DNA of 63,768 bases, the filler included, from Choristocarpus tenellus KU-1152 (taxonomy: Eukaryota > Protista > Phaeophyceae): the NCBI GenBank assembly GCA_964200185.2. It is 11 parts of 11 records of this genome, joined end to end, with 100 filler letters (N's around TTAATTAATTAA, not from the genome) between each part and the next. Parts side by side here need not be neighbours in the genome. Positions count along the whole stretch, not along the records: positions 9,712 to 13,205 come from CAXNAD020019648.1; positions 13,306 to 19,792 come from CAXNAD020008025.1; positions 19,893 to 28,318 come from CAXNAD020004724.1; 8 more parts are not named here. One strand, given 5' to 3'. The notes below the pieces were generated by a model that had not been told where the DNA came from, made no database searches, and saw only the letters and a program-made list of their open reading frames with translations. Made by a program: the position numbers and the translations under genes. This document shows positions 12,401-26,100 of this stretch, in pieces (position 1 is the first letter of the stretch; the number at the start of each line of letters is the position of its first letter).

Positions 12401-13134
12401 ATACCTGTTGTTGCTTCTGAAAGTCCAGGCAAGTCCTCTGCTTAAGTACTATTTACGGAAGGAACTGCTAATCAACATTTTTTCTCGCTTTCTAGGTACT
12501 TTTTTAATTTTAGTTTTTTGCGAATTTTTTGTCCGTAGGTCAGATCTAATTGCAATTTTCTCGTTCTATGTATTATGTGTACTTGTGATGATGGAATGGA
12601 GCGAAAGCATGCGATTTCAGTTTCAAGTTGGTGTGTCACTTGACGCCTACCTGTAAATATTAAGCTATTGGTGTCTGCATTAATATCAGGGGGCCTTGAT
12701 GAATGTCCCGATAGGTCTCGAATTTTTCTAGATTGAACAAGTAGAGTACAGAAGATCATAGTGTTGAGGGAGAACAGGAGTAAACGGACAATTTCGTGTT
12801 TTTAAAAAAAATATTCAAGTCAATTTCAAGTTATTGACGCCCCAAGGAAGAGATCCCAGGATGGCAAATAGCAATAGTGAGAGGTCGAGACCGCCGGCCT
12901 GAGAGGCACAGGCAGATGTAGGGATGCGTTATACTGTGAGCTGGAGGCCGAGGAAAGACCAGGCAAGGCCCGGACAGATGCAACATTGAAGAAATGGGTG
13001 GAGGACCCTTCCACACACAATGGTCAAGAGGTTAGGGAAGCTGATACCAGAGAGCAAATGGAGAAACTCGAGTTGGTCAGCAGTAGATACCTTCTGAGGA
13101 GCACGCACGTGTACTGCTGATCTTGTACTACCAG

Positions 13135-13205
13135 GGCTCAAAGTATCTGGGGGGGGGGGCGGCGGCTGTCCATTTGGGGTCAATTATTTCATGTCGCGTT
13201 TTTTG
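13135..13205. mobile_element. MITE family B fragment at contig end
   Basis: GGCTCAAAGTATCTGGGGG...TGTCCATTTGGGGTC matches the reverse complement of 32341-32519. Confidence 0.85.
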
Positions 13206-13305
13206 NNNNNNNNNNNNNNNNNNNNNNNNNNNNNNNNNNNNNNNNNNNNTTAATTAATTAANNNNNNNNNNNNNNNNNNNNNNNNNNNNNNNNNNNNNNN
13301 NNNNN

Positions 13306-13368
13306 TTTGGTCCAAATGGACACTCTGGTGTCGGCCCCCCCCCCCCCCCCCCCCAGATACTTTGGATC
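13306..13368. mobile_element. MITE family B fragment at contig start
   Basis: CCAAATGGACAC...CCCCAGATACTTTGGATC. Confidence 0.8.
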
Positions 13369-14399
13369 TCTGCTTCGAGTGTCCTGACCTCACTCATCTC
13401 AGAAAGAATCACACAGATATATACCCTCTAATATATTATTTTTGATTTATTGTACTGCCATCAACCTATCGCCCCTCATCACACACATGCTGTGAGTGGT
13501 TAAGTGCGGAGTCGATATTCTGTAGTGATAGACTTCACTTGGTTGGGTGACATTCCTAATCACACAACTACAAATTACTAGTAACTAAAAAGACCACAAG
13601 GACCTCATACCTACTGGCTAGATCAACAAGCGGGGGGAAGGTGGTAAATAGCTGCTGGCTGTCAAGCAACCCCAAGAAAACAAGAGGGTGTCACGATATG
13701 ATCTCGAACAGGCACACATGACCCAATCATCATCGACGTAAATTGAGAAGGGGAGGGGTTCTTACGCTCTTCTTGGTCATGGAATATTCATGACATGAAG
13801 TTCTAATTTTCCCTTTCCTCCGACCTCGTTGCTCTGCTCTTTTTACCACCTTTACTATGCATACCCTCAAACATCTGGAACACTTCATAATATCAACCTA
13901 AGAATATAGTATTTCCGAAAATACTCTAGAATATATTCAAAACTACATCTATAAGTACGGCTCATTGGATTGATTATTTGCAGTACTCCTTCTTAACACC
14001 ACATACTGCGTCAACCCATATTGTCACTTGGATTACGTCGACCACTATCATTTTGACCTCTGGCTAATAATGTTACAAGATAAATGAATAAAAGAAAAAT
14101 AATTATCACTCCCCATCCCATTAGATAGTCACATAATTCTCTATCGTGATCCGTTGCAATCTCATCTCTTACTTCCATGGTTGTGTATTCACCCCTTGAA
14201 GAGCACGCACAATGTCAAGAACTGCTCTCTAACACAACGACAAATTACGAGCTAAACACAAATCAGATTAAGACGGTATTGTGCCTCCAGGTAACCACAA
14301 CCAGCCCACGCCACCTCCACTCCACTGGCCTATTCAGCTTCCTCTCCCACCCTGTCGAACATCTGAGACCCTGCAATTTGCCTTATTTAATCCATGTTT

Positions 14400-17000
14400 G
14401 AGTCAGTAGCGGGGAACAGTGAAGAAATTAGTGACAAAGTATCCTACAGTGTGATATGTTTTACTCTATTTGTATCAGTGATTTTTTTATCCTCGTGTCT
14501 GACTCCCCACTTCTACGCAGAAGACTCGTGTATAATCTGTTTGATTTCTCCTGTGGCTGTGGCAGATGAGACCCTTTGTATAGAGGTATTATCACGGGTT
14601 TGAGAGTGGAGGGATGTACAAACGATTAAAATGACCGAGAGGCTCTCCCATGTATCCCTACGCACCAGATATTACTGTACGGCAAAAGTGGCGATGTTCC
14701 TCTGGTTTGACTGTAGCCACCAGAGTTATCAGCCGATATATATGCCCGATTTAGATTACTTTCTCAATTTTTTCATCCATCGTCGAGATAAGTTGGGAAT
14801 CACAGTCTGAATTGATCACATACCTCCCCGCATTTCCATTTTTTATGTAGAAATCAAATACTCCTTAATCGGACCTGCTGCTACTAAATTGTCGTATGTA
14901 ACAGAATTGAAATAATAGTATAACATATTAATATATTGAGATTTGTTACTGGGATATATCCTAGACGCCTAAGGTAATTAGTTGGGCACATTTTATTCCA
15001 TTGATGATGAGATGATGATATCCAGAGTAGTACTAAAGAATTGAACACTTGACCTCATGGACGCTAAAATTCAAATGACCAACCTATCCCTGTCAAACTA
15101 GCAGTGGATAGCTCGCTGCATGTACCTTCAAAACTACTCTGAAGGTAGCTATATTACCTCAAATATGCAATAAGAAAAATTGTCGTTAGAGCAAATGAAT
15201 ACTGGGCTACAAAAAAACGAGATATGAAGTATTGTGAATCAATTTCATTGAGGAGTATATAGCAGTAGCTTCACCTGTCCTCCTATAGAGCTCTAGTAAT
15301 CGAACTTCTGATACCATAGAGGAATTATCCAATGCAAATTCCCTCTCCAAATCATAGTGCGCTTTTCCTAACTGGATACTTAAAGGAGTAGCAGCAACAA
15401 CAAACATTTCGGCTAATTATATAGAACAGGAGAAAAGGGTGTTTCTGTGCATCACATTTTCCTTTCATTTCCTGAGCTCCAACACCTTTCACTCTCACAT
15501 TGAAGTCTGTCGAACAAGGTTATCAACGAGAGGGGGAAAGACTCAAGTGGGTGACAGCGACATGTTCTTGATTGCGTTGTGAGCTGGTGGGAGATTTTTC
15601 AGACAATCCAAGGGCTCAGTTATCACAATCTGTATTCCTCACAGAACCAGAAGGACGCTGGATCACCAAACACGTTCTTCACCATTGCTCATTCATACGT
15701 CACACATGCCTCATATTGCAAGGAGGCAATGCACTTTCACCTCTTCATCATCGCTGGGATCTGTCATGGAGCTTGCTCCTGTACTACTTGTAGAATATGT
15801 CGAGTCAGATAAATTTGTGTCGGACCTGTTGGATAGCAAGGTCCCAGCACAACATAAATCAGGTTGGTCTACCTTTTACTCATACATAGGCAAAGATTGA
15901 TCTGGAATTAGCAACATTAGCTGGGGAAGCTGAATCCACATTCTCTAGGGTTGTTGTACCGTTGGAATGAAGTATCAAGGGTTGTGGGTTGTGAGACTGT
16001 GACACACTTGTGTTATTAAGTTGGAGAGTGGGATTTGGTAGGTTGAAGAACCCAATAATTACAGAGAAAACAAAAGTACTTGCAGAAGAAGGGCTGTGTT
16101 GAGAGGGGGAAGCCTCATGTATTTCTTAGCCAACCAACCTACGAAATATTGTGGATCAAGTGTGATACTAGTAATGCTCTGCTCACTCGTCATCTCTGTT
16201 GCGTGGTGCCTTGTTACCCCTATTTGGTGCTGGGTCGTCACTGTTATCATCATCTCTCTTCCTCTTCATCACCTGTTCCTCCTATAATTGAACAAGGAAA
16301 CGGTGTGAAGAAACACCATTATATTGTTGTTGTGACAAGTGACTGAAGTTGAACACGAGATGATTGCTCTCTTTACTCTTGCTATGGAAAAGAGTAAAGG
16401 GCTGAGCTAACTGTTCTCCTGTACAACAGATAGAAGCACACGTGCACACAAGGCTGCGATGTCCTTTGACGATTAGTGGTCCAGTTGTAGCATGGCAACT
16501 AAATACTTCTCACAAGTCATAAGGTGTAGGCAGTAGGGCGGGGGTAAGAGGACCTATATCATGGGTGTGTTGTGGATCTTCAAGTCAGCAATCAAGCTTG
16601 TGTAGAGGGTTGAGAGGACGAGGTTGGAAAGGTTCGATTATCGTGGCTGGTGGGGTGGCACCTTTGCCCAGTGATTTGAGCTCTTTATCTGCTACAGTAC
16701 TTCAAGCTACTATATTTACAAAGGTCATACTTCATAATCATGAATGGATGATCGAATGGGAGGGAGTAAAAATCAAACTCGGGTATGGGGGATAATACAG
16801 TCAACGCATGTCTGGGAATTGCATCAAGGGATCTGATGCAATAGAGAGTCAAAGCAAACGAGAGGTACCCACACATGTATTTTAAGGGTGTCTGTAAATA
16901 TGTGGAAGATTCATACATTAATTCAAATACGTGTAGGATATTTTCTGAATTGTGTTGAAACCTCTCAAACAGTAAAGAAATCGACCCTCTCAAGTCAAAA
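14400..17000 (-). mobile_element. Heavily decayed Ty1/copia LTR retrotransposon pol relic
   Basis: Minus-strand remnants in copia order: integrase-like RHALTVLSPIPE...HWAK (~16820-16660), RAIIS (~16370), RNase H-like AYISADNSGG...TRGTS (~14740-14690), NRVKHI (~14460). No intact ORF or LTRs found; limits are approximate. Confidence 0.5.
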
Positions 17001-20000
17001 TTACCACTTCACCCAATAGAAATATGGATGAACAACAAAAGACTGAAATACTAACTTATAATGCGAAAGCCCCCAAAACTGGGTACCTCTCGTTTGCTTT
17101 GCCTCAGAATGAGTTTGAATGCAGGGAACTTCAAACTCTCCCTGAGCACACATGAGTAACAGAGCACTCACACCGCTCTGGCGAACACTGACAATTTTTC
17201 ACCGTGAGGGTTCCTCGTCATTCTCCTCCTACTTACTTGACCTCAACCTTTCAAATAAATATTCTTCATGCCATTTGTCTTTTAGATTGCTACTTCAAAG
17301 TACACAGTACTACTTTTGCCGTTTTTGACAGGATGATATTGTGTCGTGATTTTTGCTCAGAAACCGAAAAGAGTAACCAGTATGTCAAGGCAAACTGAAA
17401 GTACAGATATGTAGGGTTTGAGGAAGTAAAAATGTATCTTACAAGAGACGAGTATCTGATGTGGCAACCAATAGGAAAGCACAAACGACTCATCTCTCCG
17501 ACTAGCTATGTTTATCTCCTCTCTCCTGTAGCTCCTCGGACACAACCTTTTTGCCACACCCCACAAATGTACCTCGTATCAGCAGTCCGACATCCTCACT
17601 TTAGTTACTCCCACACGAGCTCTAGGTTGTGTTATGCGTAAACCTTCAAGGTTTTCACCCCAACCACTATTTGAATTGTGAGTGTTTGCATACTGTGGCA
17701 ACACTTAAGCAACCTTACCGTGTTAAGCCCTGCAACCTCCCTGGATTGACGTGCTTGCTTGAGCTGTCGTGTTGACCACCTGTTCCCAAATCTCCTTTCC
17801 GTTGTAACTCTGTCCCGGTGTTAGGTATTAGGTACAAGTAGGCACCATTAAGTAGAAATTCGGCAGACATCATTTGGGTGCCAAAGATCGCAGGACAAGG
17901 GTGAAGTGGGGTTAATGTACTTGTATTGCTTACATGATATGTCATAATAAAGGCATGGGTTGAAAAAACAGGGGGAGAGAGTGAAAACAATGGCAGTCAT
18001 GATTTCCTGTCTGAGTGTATTTACAGGTATATCCAATAGCTCCAAGTATCGATATATAGTTACTACCACTGGTCATTTTGTGATCTTGATACCCTTCTTG
18101 GCTCTAGCTTGTAGTTCACACAGTAACTATATGTCCACATTGACTCGCTTCTAGGGTTAAATGTCATCCCATACCCCTGACCTGCGTTGCTTCTGGGTGG
18201 ATGGGGTGACATTTGTGTCCGTTATGGAGGATGCTACCTCCTCTTCATGTGCTTCAACCACCGTGTGTTGGACCTGTTTCAGAATGAGTCACAGAGATAA
18301 AATAACTTCGAAGTGTACATGATCCGGATCTACTCAAGTATTTAGAGAAGAAACTCGGTAATTAATACTATAAATACCTGCCGCATGCTACGGTGACTTT
18401 GCACAGGAAATGAGTTTGAATTTATTCACTCGAAAAGGGAGAGTTTGTATGTTCTCATGGATTGTGTTCCGGAGGAGTACATTCGCAACAACATAAGAAG
18501 AACACTTCCACATGTATTTCCAGTTCGAGATAATATGCACCTGATCGCGCAATTCCTTGATTGACACTGGAGAATTGGTGCCCTAGTGTTCTAACGTTGT
18601 GGGAGGCGCTGTGTGTACCCTTTGTCAAGCTGGACTGGACCCTTGTGTCAATGGATGCACTCTATCATTGCCTATTCTGTTTTAATGTAGCTGACGTTAT
18701 CGTGACTTGAAATCCACGTCACCACCTTCAATTTTTGAACACAATTCTTAAAACATATCTCCTATCCATCTACCTAGTGTAGACTATAACCTTTGCACCT
18801 TATTTTCTGTGCTATAAACGATCAGGTGTTGTTTGAAGAATGTCTATTTGAAGATAAAGACAACCACGAAACACAAGAAACAAATACAATAGGTACCTTC
18901 ATGTGTCGAGTGGAGCTGTGGGTGCCTATCATACAAGGAAAATCACAACAAGCTTCCACAACCACCTGCACAAGCTGGGTCATACTCACCTCAGGACTTG
19001 TGCCCTGGCATTCCGAGAGTCTGAGGAAGCTTGGCAGAATGTTTCCCCTCATGAGTTCCTGGAGATTTGGTCGTAAGTATTTTTGGGAGATTGGACGTGC
19101 AAAAACTCAGTAGGAAGTGGGATCAAAGTAGAGAGATAGCACGTACTTGATCTACTTTATTCTTGCCTATAATTTTACCAGATCTGGTTGGCGGAGATAT
19201 TTGACCTGCTGTCCTCAGCAGTCGTGCCTATTTCATTATTATGATTCTATCTTGGTATGAACTAGAATTAGTACTTTGGACTGTAAAAGTCATTTTTTAC
19301 ATGTATGTACTATGAACCATGTTTTTGATCACCTCCAAATGAATACAATACCGAACAATTAAAATATATGCATCTATATATTTATCTCTATATTTTTCGA
19401 GTTTTGAACCTCTGCAAAGTTGGGTGATCTTTTTTTAGACTGCAAACATAATTTCAAAATACAACTTTTATCATCTAAAGTTATCTGAGTATATGTATCG
19501 TATTTGGACAAGTAGTGTAGTTGCCTTTTCAATATATTCTATGTAAGCTTAGTTTTTTTTGTTAAAATTAGTCGAGTGGTCACAAAATTCGGTTTGATCA
19601 CCTCAACTCTCTTGTTTAGAGCTTCCCGATACCACAGAGTTAACTGCGATTTTCGAGTGGTAAGAAGGAACGCAAGAACACTTGATCAGAAACCACAGCC
19701 CATCTTCTCAGCCCTCACCTCCCTCAAACAGTGGATCGAGATAATGGCGGATGGATTATTTCATGGAGGATGGATTTTTCCCAAAATGGTGCNNNNNNNN
19801 NNNNNNNNNNNNNNNNNNNNNNNNNNNNNNNNNNNNTTAATTAATTAANNNNNNNNNNNNNNNNNNNNNNNNNNNNNNNNNNNNNNNNNNNNCACCCCCT
19901 CCCAGATACTTTGAGCCAATATGTGTACCAATTTTTGAAATACCTGATGAAGACCTCGGAATGAGTGCTGTGCCATCTGTATGGCATGAAAGAAAAGGGT

Positions 20001-20156
20001 AGCATCACGTAAGATCCAATACCTTCAAAAGTCACCATACATAGTTTATAATTCCAGTCGAAGTGCAGGCCATGGTGGCTTTCTAGATGACACACACAGA
20101 TAGTGGTTCCACAGCAAAGAAATCAATGTGCTATCATGATCAAGTGAGCCTCTCAC

Positions 20157-23100
20157 CTTGTCAATGATGAAGTTTGTTGCGAAGCTAAAGGCAGCGAACA
20201 GATACAATATGGGAATACCTCCTGAGTAGAGCAAGGAGACGAAAACAACCTGCAGAAGTGCTTTTGATTGGTTTCTTCAAGAGGTATCAGCTACGGTGTA
20301 TTGGTGCACACACGGCATTACTCTGGGTGTAATCTTTTTAGGGTATTGTGAAGACAGTCCTTGGCAATATATTATGACCCTAAGGTTAGAACAGGAAAAT
20401 GGATTTGAACTGCACATGATTTACTGCATTTGATTATGTCCTATATAATCGCTATATCAGCATACTTCAATTCTCCTGCATCATGAACTTCAATCTAGCT
20501 CTACATCCCTTCAAGATTTTCTTGTTGAAAGGGTGGACAAGAGGGAACCATAGTTTGCATTACTTACATCGAAGTTATACGCTCAAGAACCATGAGAATC
20601 AGACCAACATCTATATCTATACATATCCCCAAGAAAGTTTCGAGAGACCCTTGGTACCTGTAACAAGAAGGCGTATCTAGTCTCCATGTCAAAGCGTGGA
20701 GGTCGGTAGAGCCTATTGAGCTCTGCCTGGGTGGCAGCTGACCCACGCTTGAACAGACGAATAGTGGGGTTTATCACCACTTCACTGGAGGGGGGGAAAT
20801 TTTAAGGTATTTGTGTTTATACACCTCTTCGAAGACAGACAAAACTGGATTGTAGGACTGGGAGCTAGGTTGAAAATTGAAGGAGATCTGTTGGTAGATT
20901 GTAGAATCAGATCTATAGGAACGAAAAAACCAGGTGGTTGACGGTTGGGAATATCAAGGCTTCTGTCAACTTGAGGGGGAAGCTAGGACTGCAACACACA
21001 GGACGACTGCAACAAACAGGATGATCAGGGAGGCATCCACAGGTGCCATACGTCAGCAATGTGCAACCTCAGCAGAAACTTACTTACGGGTTTTTTCCTG
21101 ACACACTAGATTATACTATACTGATGAGTGAAAGTATCTTAGAGGGTACGAATTTTTCCCTGTTTGTCAATTTGGGGCTTGGCTTCCCACAGGTTTTTTA
21201 TGACATTTTTCTACTCCGAAATGTTTCGAAGTAGGTAAAATGTGTATGTTATGAAAGGGTGTGTTCAGAACAAGGATATTGACACTCCCTTACAAACACA
21301 ATAGCCAAAAATATATCAAAATCGAAAAATTGGATTTTGACCTCCAAACGGACGCGGCTCTACCCTCTAAGATATTTTGACTCTGACAAACTTTGTCGTG
21401 AAAGAACTACATCCTATCAACTCAGCTGATTCAATAGAACAATCAAATTTAACTTATTACGGCAGCAAGATGAGACAAGATGTTTTTCGAGTCAAAAATT
21501 AAGTACAACCAACTGATGACATATGGGTATGGTTCATATTCTTACAGGTTCCTCTCTCAGGTTTTTCAATAGGAAAGTAACCTCAACAATAATGAGTCCT
21601 AGCACGGTCAGCTGCTAATGTGCCCACAGCAATCTTGTTGTTGGGAGAAGGTTTCCCAGTAGTTTCTTACCTGAAGAGGGGACCTACATGAGGAACCACA
21701 ACGTTAATCAGCATCGTCATTGAGACAGCTACCCCAACTGTAGAGTACCACCCCTTGTCGAAGTCGCTATAACTTCCATTCAGTAGACCAATGTCCTGTC
21801 TTAGGCATGAAAATTTATTGTAGGAAGCACAACAATTTGATTTGAGAGTGTTGTTAAGTGAAAAACCTGAAACACTTAGAAGCACAACGTAGGGAATATC
21901 TACACTAGAAGCATTGCAGTAATTCTAGTGCATACTAGTAGCAGCAGCTAAACCTGGTTTTGGATTGCTTCCTCTCTCGGCACCCAATGATTTCATTACG
22001 CACTGGGAAAACTGATCAAGCGTGAGAGAGAACCTCAGTCCATCTACCCACAACAGTTTTATTATCGATAATATTGTAGTGTTGAATCCTCTACAGCTCC
22101 AGAGCTCAAAATCGTCACACACGGTCTATGGGAGAATACTTGCATGATGTAATCCTAACCCTAACCCTAACCCTAACCCTAACCCTATTAGTTTATGTTA
22201 TTTGAGTTTCCAACAAGAGTACTACTGGTTATGTTCACTGAAGAAGGTAATTCAAATATGATTAAACTAGGATTTCTGGTGAAATGGTTGGACGACCATG
22301 GAAAATGGTGACAACTATTTCCCCTAGCCTCAGTCATTCACCCTTGTTTTGTACTCTGAATTTAAGGGAATTGTTTAGCAAATCTCTTACGACTGCAAGT
22401 TTGGACTTGGCAAGGAGAGACGTTCAAGCTAATGGAAAGATCTGAGTGAAAGTATCTTAGAGGGTACGAGTTTTGCCCTATTTGTTCATTTGGGGCTTGG
22501 CTTCCCATGTTTTTTTCATGACATTTTCTTACTCCGAAATGTTTCAGAGTAGGTAAAATGTATATGGTATCAAAAAGTTAGGATATTAGCACTCCTAACA
22601 AACATGATAGCCAAGGTTTCACCAAAAGGGCAATATTGGATTTTGGCCCCCAAATGGACGTGACTCTACCCTCTAAGATACTTTGAATCATCTTAGCATG
22701 GAGGAACTCAAGTGTAGAGCTTCAGCTGAAAGTGAATCATACTACATTTCATAAACTGAATGTATGCTAGAGGAATTTATCTATGGTGTCTATTCTTAGC
22801 ATGACCCACTCACCTTCAGAAAGTCAAGTCCTTCTCCCAAGTACCCAGCATTCACAATAAGAACAATAAGGGCTGTGTTGAGAAACTGAGCCAGAGCCAA
22901 CTTCCCAGTGATGGTAGATGTGTAGTCTGACAAAGAGACATGTCTCTCAAACTTAGCAAGAAGGCCCATGATAGATGTCAATGCGCTGTTCACAATGACC
23001 ACTGCAAGTATCTGATGGAGCACAAATTATGGGGGAAACATAGTGAACCTTTCAGGGCTATCTTTCAAGGTGAGGGCAACAGGCCCAGGGAACAAATGTA

Positions 23101-26100
23101 CAGGAATGAAAGCACTATAATGACCATTTGGGAAGTGCACATTCATCATATTGACGTAAAGCAAGCTATCACTCTCCATATACACACCGCAATGACTTCA
23201 ATAGCTCTAGCCTTCATGTAGTTGAGGATGAATGGAGCACATAAGTCGCCCTGCTCTGTTATCACCTCCTCCGCCCCATTCACAAGCCCTAGGGACTCAA
23301 TCCCCGAAATAAGGGCATTGAAACAAAAACAGCCCACCACAGTCGAGGCAGGATATGCCATGCATGAGTAGCCTTCGTCCACCCAACCACTCTTGATGAT
23401 TTAGGAGCAACAGTTGAAGTAAGTAGTAAGTGACTGGGGATGAGGCAAGACTTGACATTGAATTTGTTTCTCGGTCTTCATCAGGATACCACTGGTAGTA
23501 GGGGATAATGCATGATGAACAAGTTAGAGGATTATGCTCGAATATAAATCGTAGTACAATATAGCAGGGAGCATCAGATCCTCTTATTATTACACTATTA
23601 CTTCAGGTAAAGAGAAATTATGAAGACAAGACAGTTTGCAAGCAATATATGTATTCAGGGTGAATTGCACCTCGAAGCATGACATTGTATCGCATTGACC
23701 ACCACCAGAGGCTGGGTGGCAGAATGAATCACAAAGAGTTCCAGAGATGTTATGTCTCGAGCTGTTTGTTCCATCAGGGGAAATCACAGGTGGAAGGTCG
23801 GAGTAGTTGAGGACGCTTCCAGGATCAGAGGAGTTTGATGTGTAAAGAATGGCGTAGTAGTCCTTGCCATCGTTCTCCTGACAGAATATATCTAATGAAG
23901 AATTGTGCTGCAGGTGAAAGAAAATGAAAGTCGTGGTGCAGAGAGACAAGAAGACAGTGATGTGAACCCTAGCTGCATAACTTGTCCTTAGAATTTATCA
24001 TACGCTAGTTTTATTGAGCTCCCTCATACACTAGAGCTCAGAACTCCTTAGATCCATGGAAGCCATCCAATCTAAAGGGCTTTCTGTCTCTGTCTCAACG
24101 CTATATGTTGATCTAGAGGTATATGGAGTGTGCAATTTTTCAACATTGCTGCAAGTTTACGTGTTGCGGTAGCTGCTCCTATTGATTTGACCTTTTCTTC
24201 ACTAGAAATAGAAAATGGGGCTGAAGTATGAAATAACATTACAACTACGGAGTCTCCAAAGTCCAAGATTGCTCCAAATAAGAGCACCTGTAGCTCCGCC
24301 TCAACAGGGATGTTGTAAGTTCCGAAGAATATCGCTGGAATGTCCTCCTCGCAAATGGCAAGGTTGGGAATTTGTGCCTGAACAGCAGTCTGGGCAAAGA
24401 AACACAAGATGATGTTGCTTCTTGAAAAGCATGTCAAGATATGGGTTAGGAGCCATATCAATCCTAGTCCAATTGAGCAAAATGTCAACATTCTAAGCTA
24501 GAGGATACAGCACCAAGAATATGAGCACTATGGACTTTGAGGGTGCTCATGCTTCGATATGAATGTAATAGTGAATGGTAGGCACACAGTGAAACAAATT
24601 CAACAATAGCACAAACTATAAATACACTAATCTAGTTGCAGTGTTGCTTCAATTTGACAATGGTGAAAGTTGTGTAGTTGTGTGGCATCGAAATATTCGA
24701 GGATGGAAAATACCCGTCTCTGTACAACTGCTAAGTAGATACTGTCAAACCTGTTGAATGTGAGCCAAGTAGATGATGACAAAAGAAACAACCAGGAGCA
24801 CCAAACATACAAGCCAGGTAATCACTCGACGAAGGATCCTCTCCCAGTTGGGAACATCCATGTTTTCCCATTTCAAATCACTGGGTTCTGGAGCAGGAAA
24901 TATCTTCAGGTGATGTTTGGTTCCATTGTGGTGCTGAAAGAGGAGCTCTGTTGGCTGAAAATGTCTGCACTCATTACAATGACAACGAGAGGAAACGTTA
25001 GGCAGAGGGGAAATAATGTATTTTTTAGAGTCATGAGGTATTTTTTGTGTCAATGGTGCAATAAGCAAGACAAGTTGTATGTCATGTAACTATAAGAGAG
25101 GAGCATGTATTTGGGGTTGAAAATTTGTACTAGCATGCCCTATGAAGATGCCGAATATCATTGTTCAAGTGGTGAATTTCTGTGTGCCGAGCAGCATGTT
25201 ACCAAAGATGTACAGGGAGTGTTGTCTAGCCAGCTCAATATTATTTTGCATGAGGTCATTCAGAGTAATAGCATTCAAAGAAAAGCACTTCATTTTCATA
25301 TACAACTGTTGTGTTGGAATGATGCTTGGTGCTCTGAGCTAACGCATAATTCGTAGGACTTTGATGTGAAAGGCTCAGAACATTATCAACCTGATATTTG
25401 ATCAGATCTTCCTTCATTCTGCTGTAAGTCCTGCTTCACAAGAAAAAAAGTTACTCGTTCCCATTCCAAATTACCTTGCACAACTAAAATCTTCCATCGT
25501 CATCCTTTCTAGTATGAATATCACAGAAACATGTTGGTTTGGAAAGAAATGCGGAAAATAGCAATTAGTGGATACGGCATTGCAGAAGAAAACTGACATA
25601 AATTTAACATGTGTAGACATATGAATTCTATGTCTAGAATGTTTAATGCTGCAGGATAGATACAACCAATAGTTAGCCTCCATAGCACAGTAGATCATCC
25701 GCCATATGATAGAAGCAATGGGCTATTCCTTGGTGATGCTCACTCCCAACTGGTATTTAAGTGAGTTGTGGGCTACAGATACATGTTTCCCTCACCTGAA
25801 GATTGCCTGATTACTTGAGCGATAGTCATCAAGACAGCGGCTCTGGCTCTCTTGATGTTCGAAGGTGACAAACGCTACTGAGACGCTGCTAGTCAAATCT
25901 GGCTTTATCCTAGCTTTGACAGCATCATGAAAAACGTTCTGTCGAATTCATTGCACAAGAAAGATTGCTGACATAGGTATTATGGATGATGTGTAACGAA
26001 AGTGAGTTGGGGGGAGGAGTGACTACAGACCAACAGGAAGGTACCTCAATTTGCTAGCTCGATTGAACGATACTAGTTAACAAATATTCCAACTACGGAT

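Noticed and set aside
13135-13368. One MITE spanning the spacer, implying the two contigs are adjacent
   Set aside because: The outer flanks (CCAG vs TCTG) do not form the expected 4-bp TSD; more likely two separate copies at contig ends.
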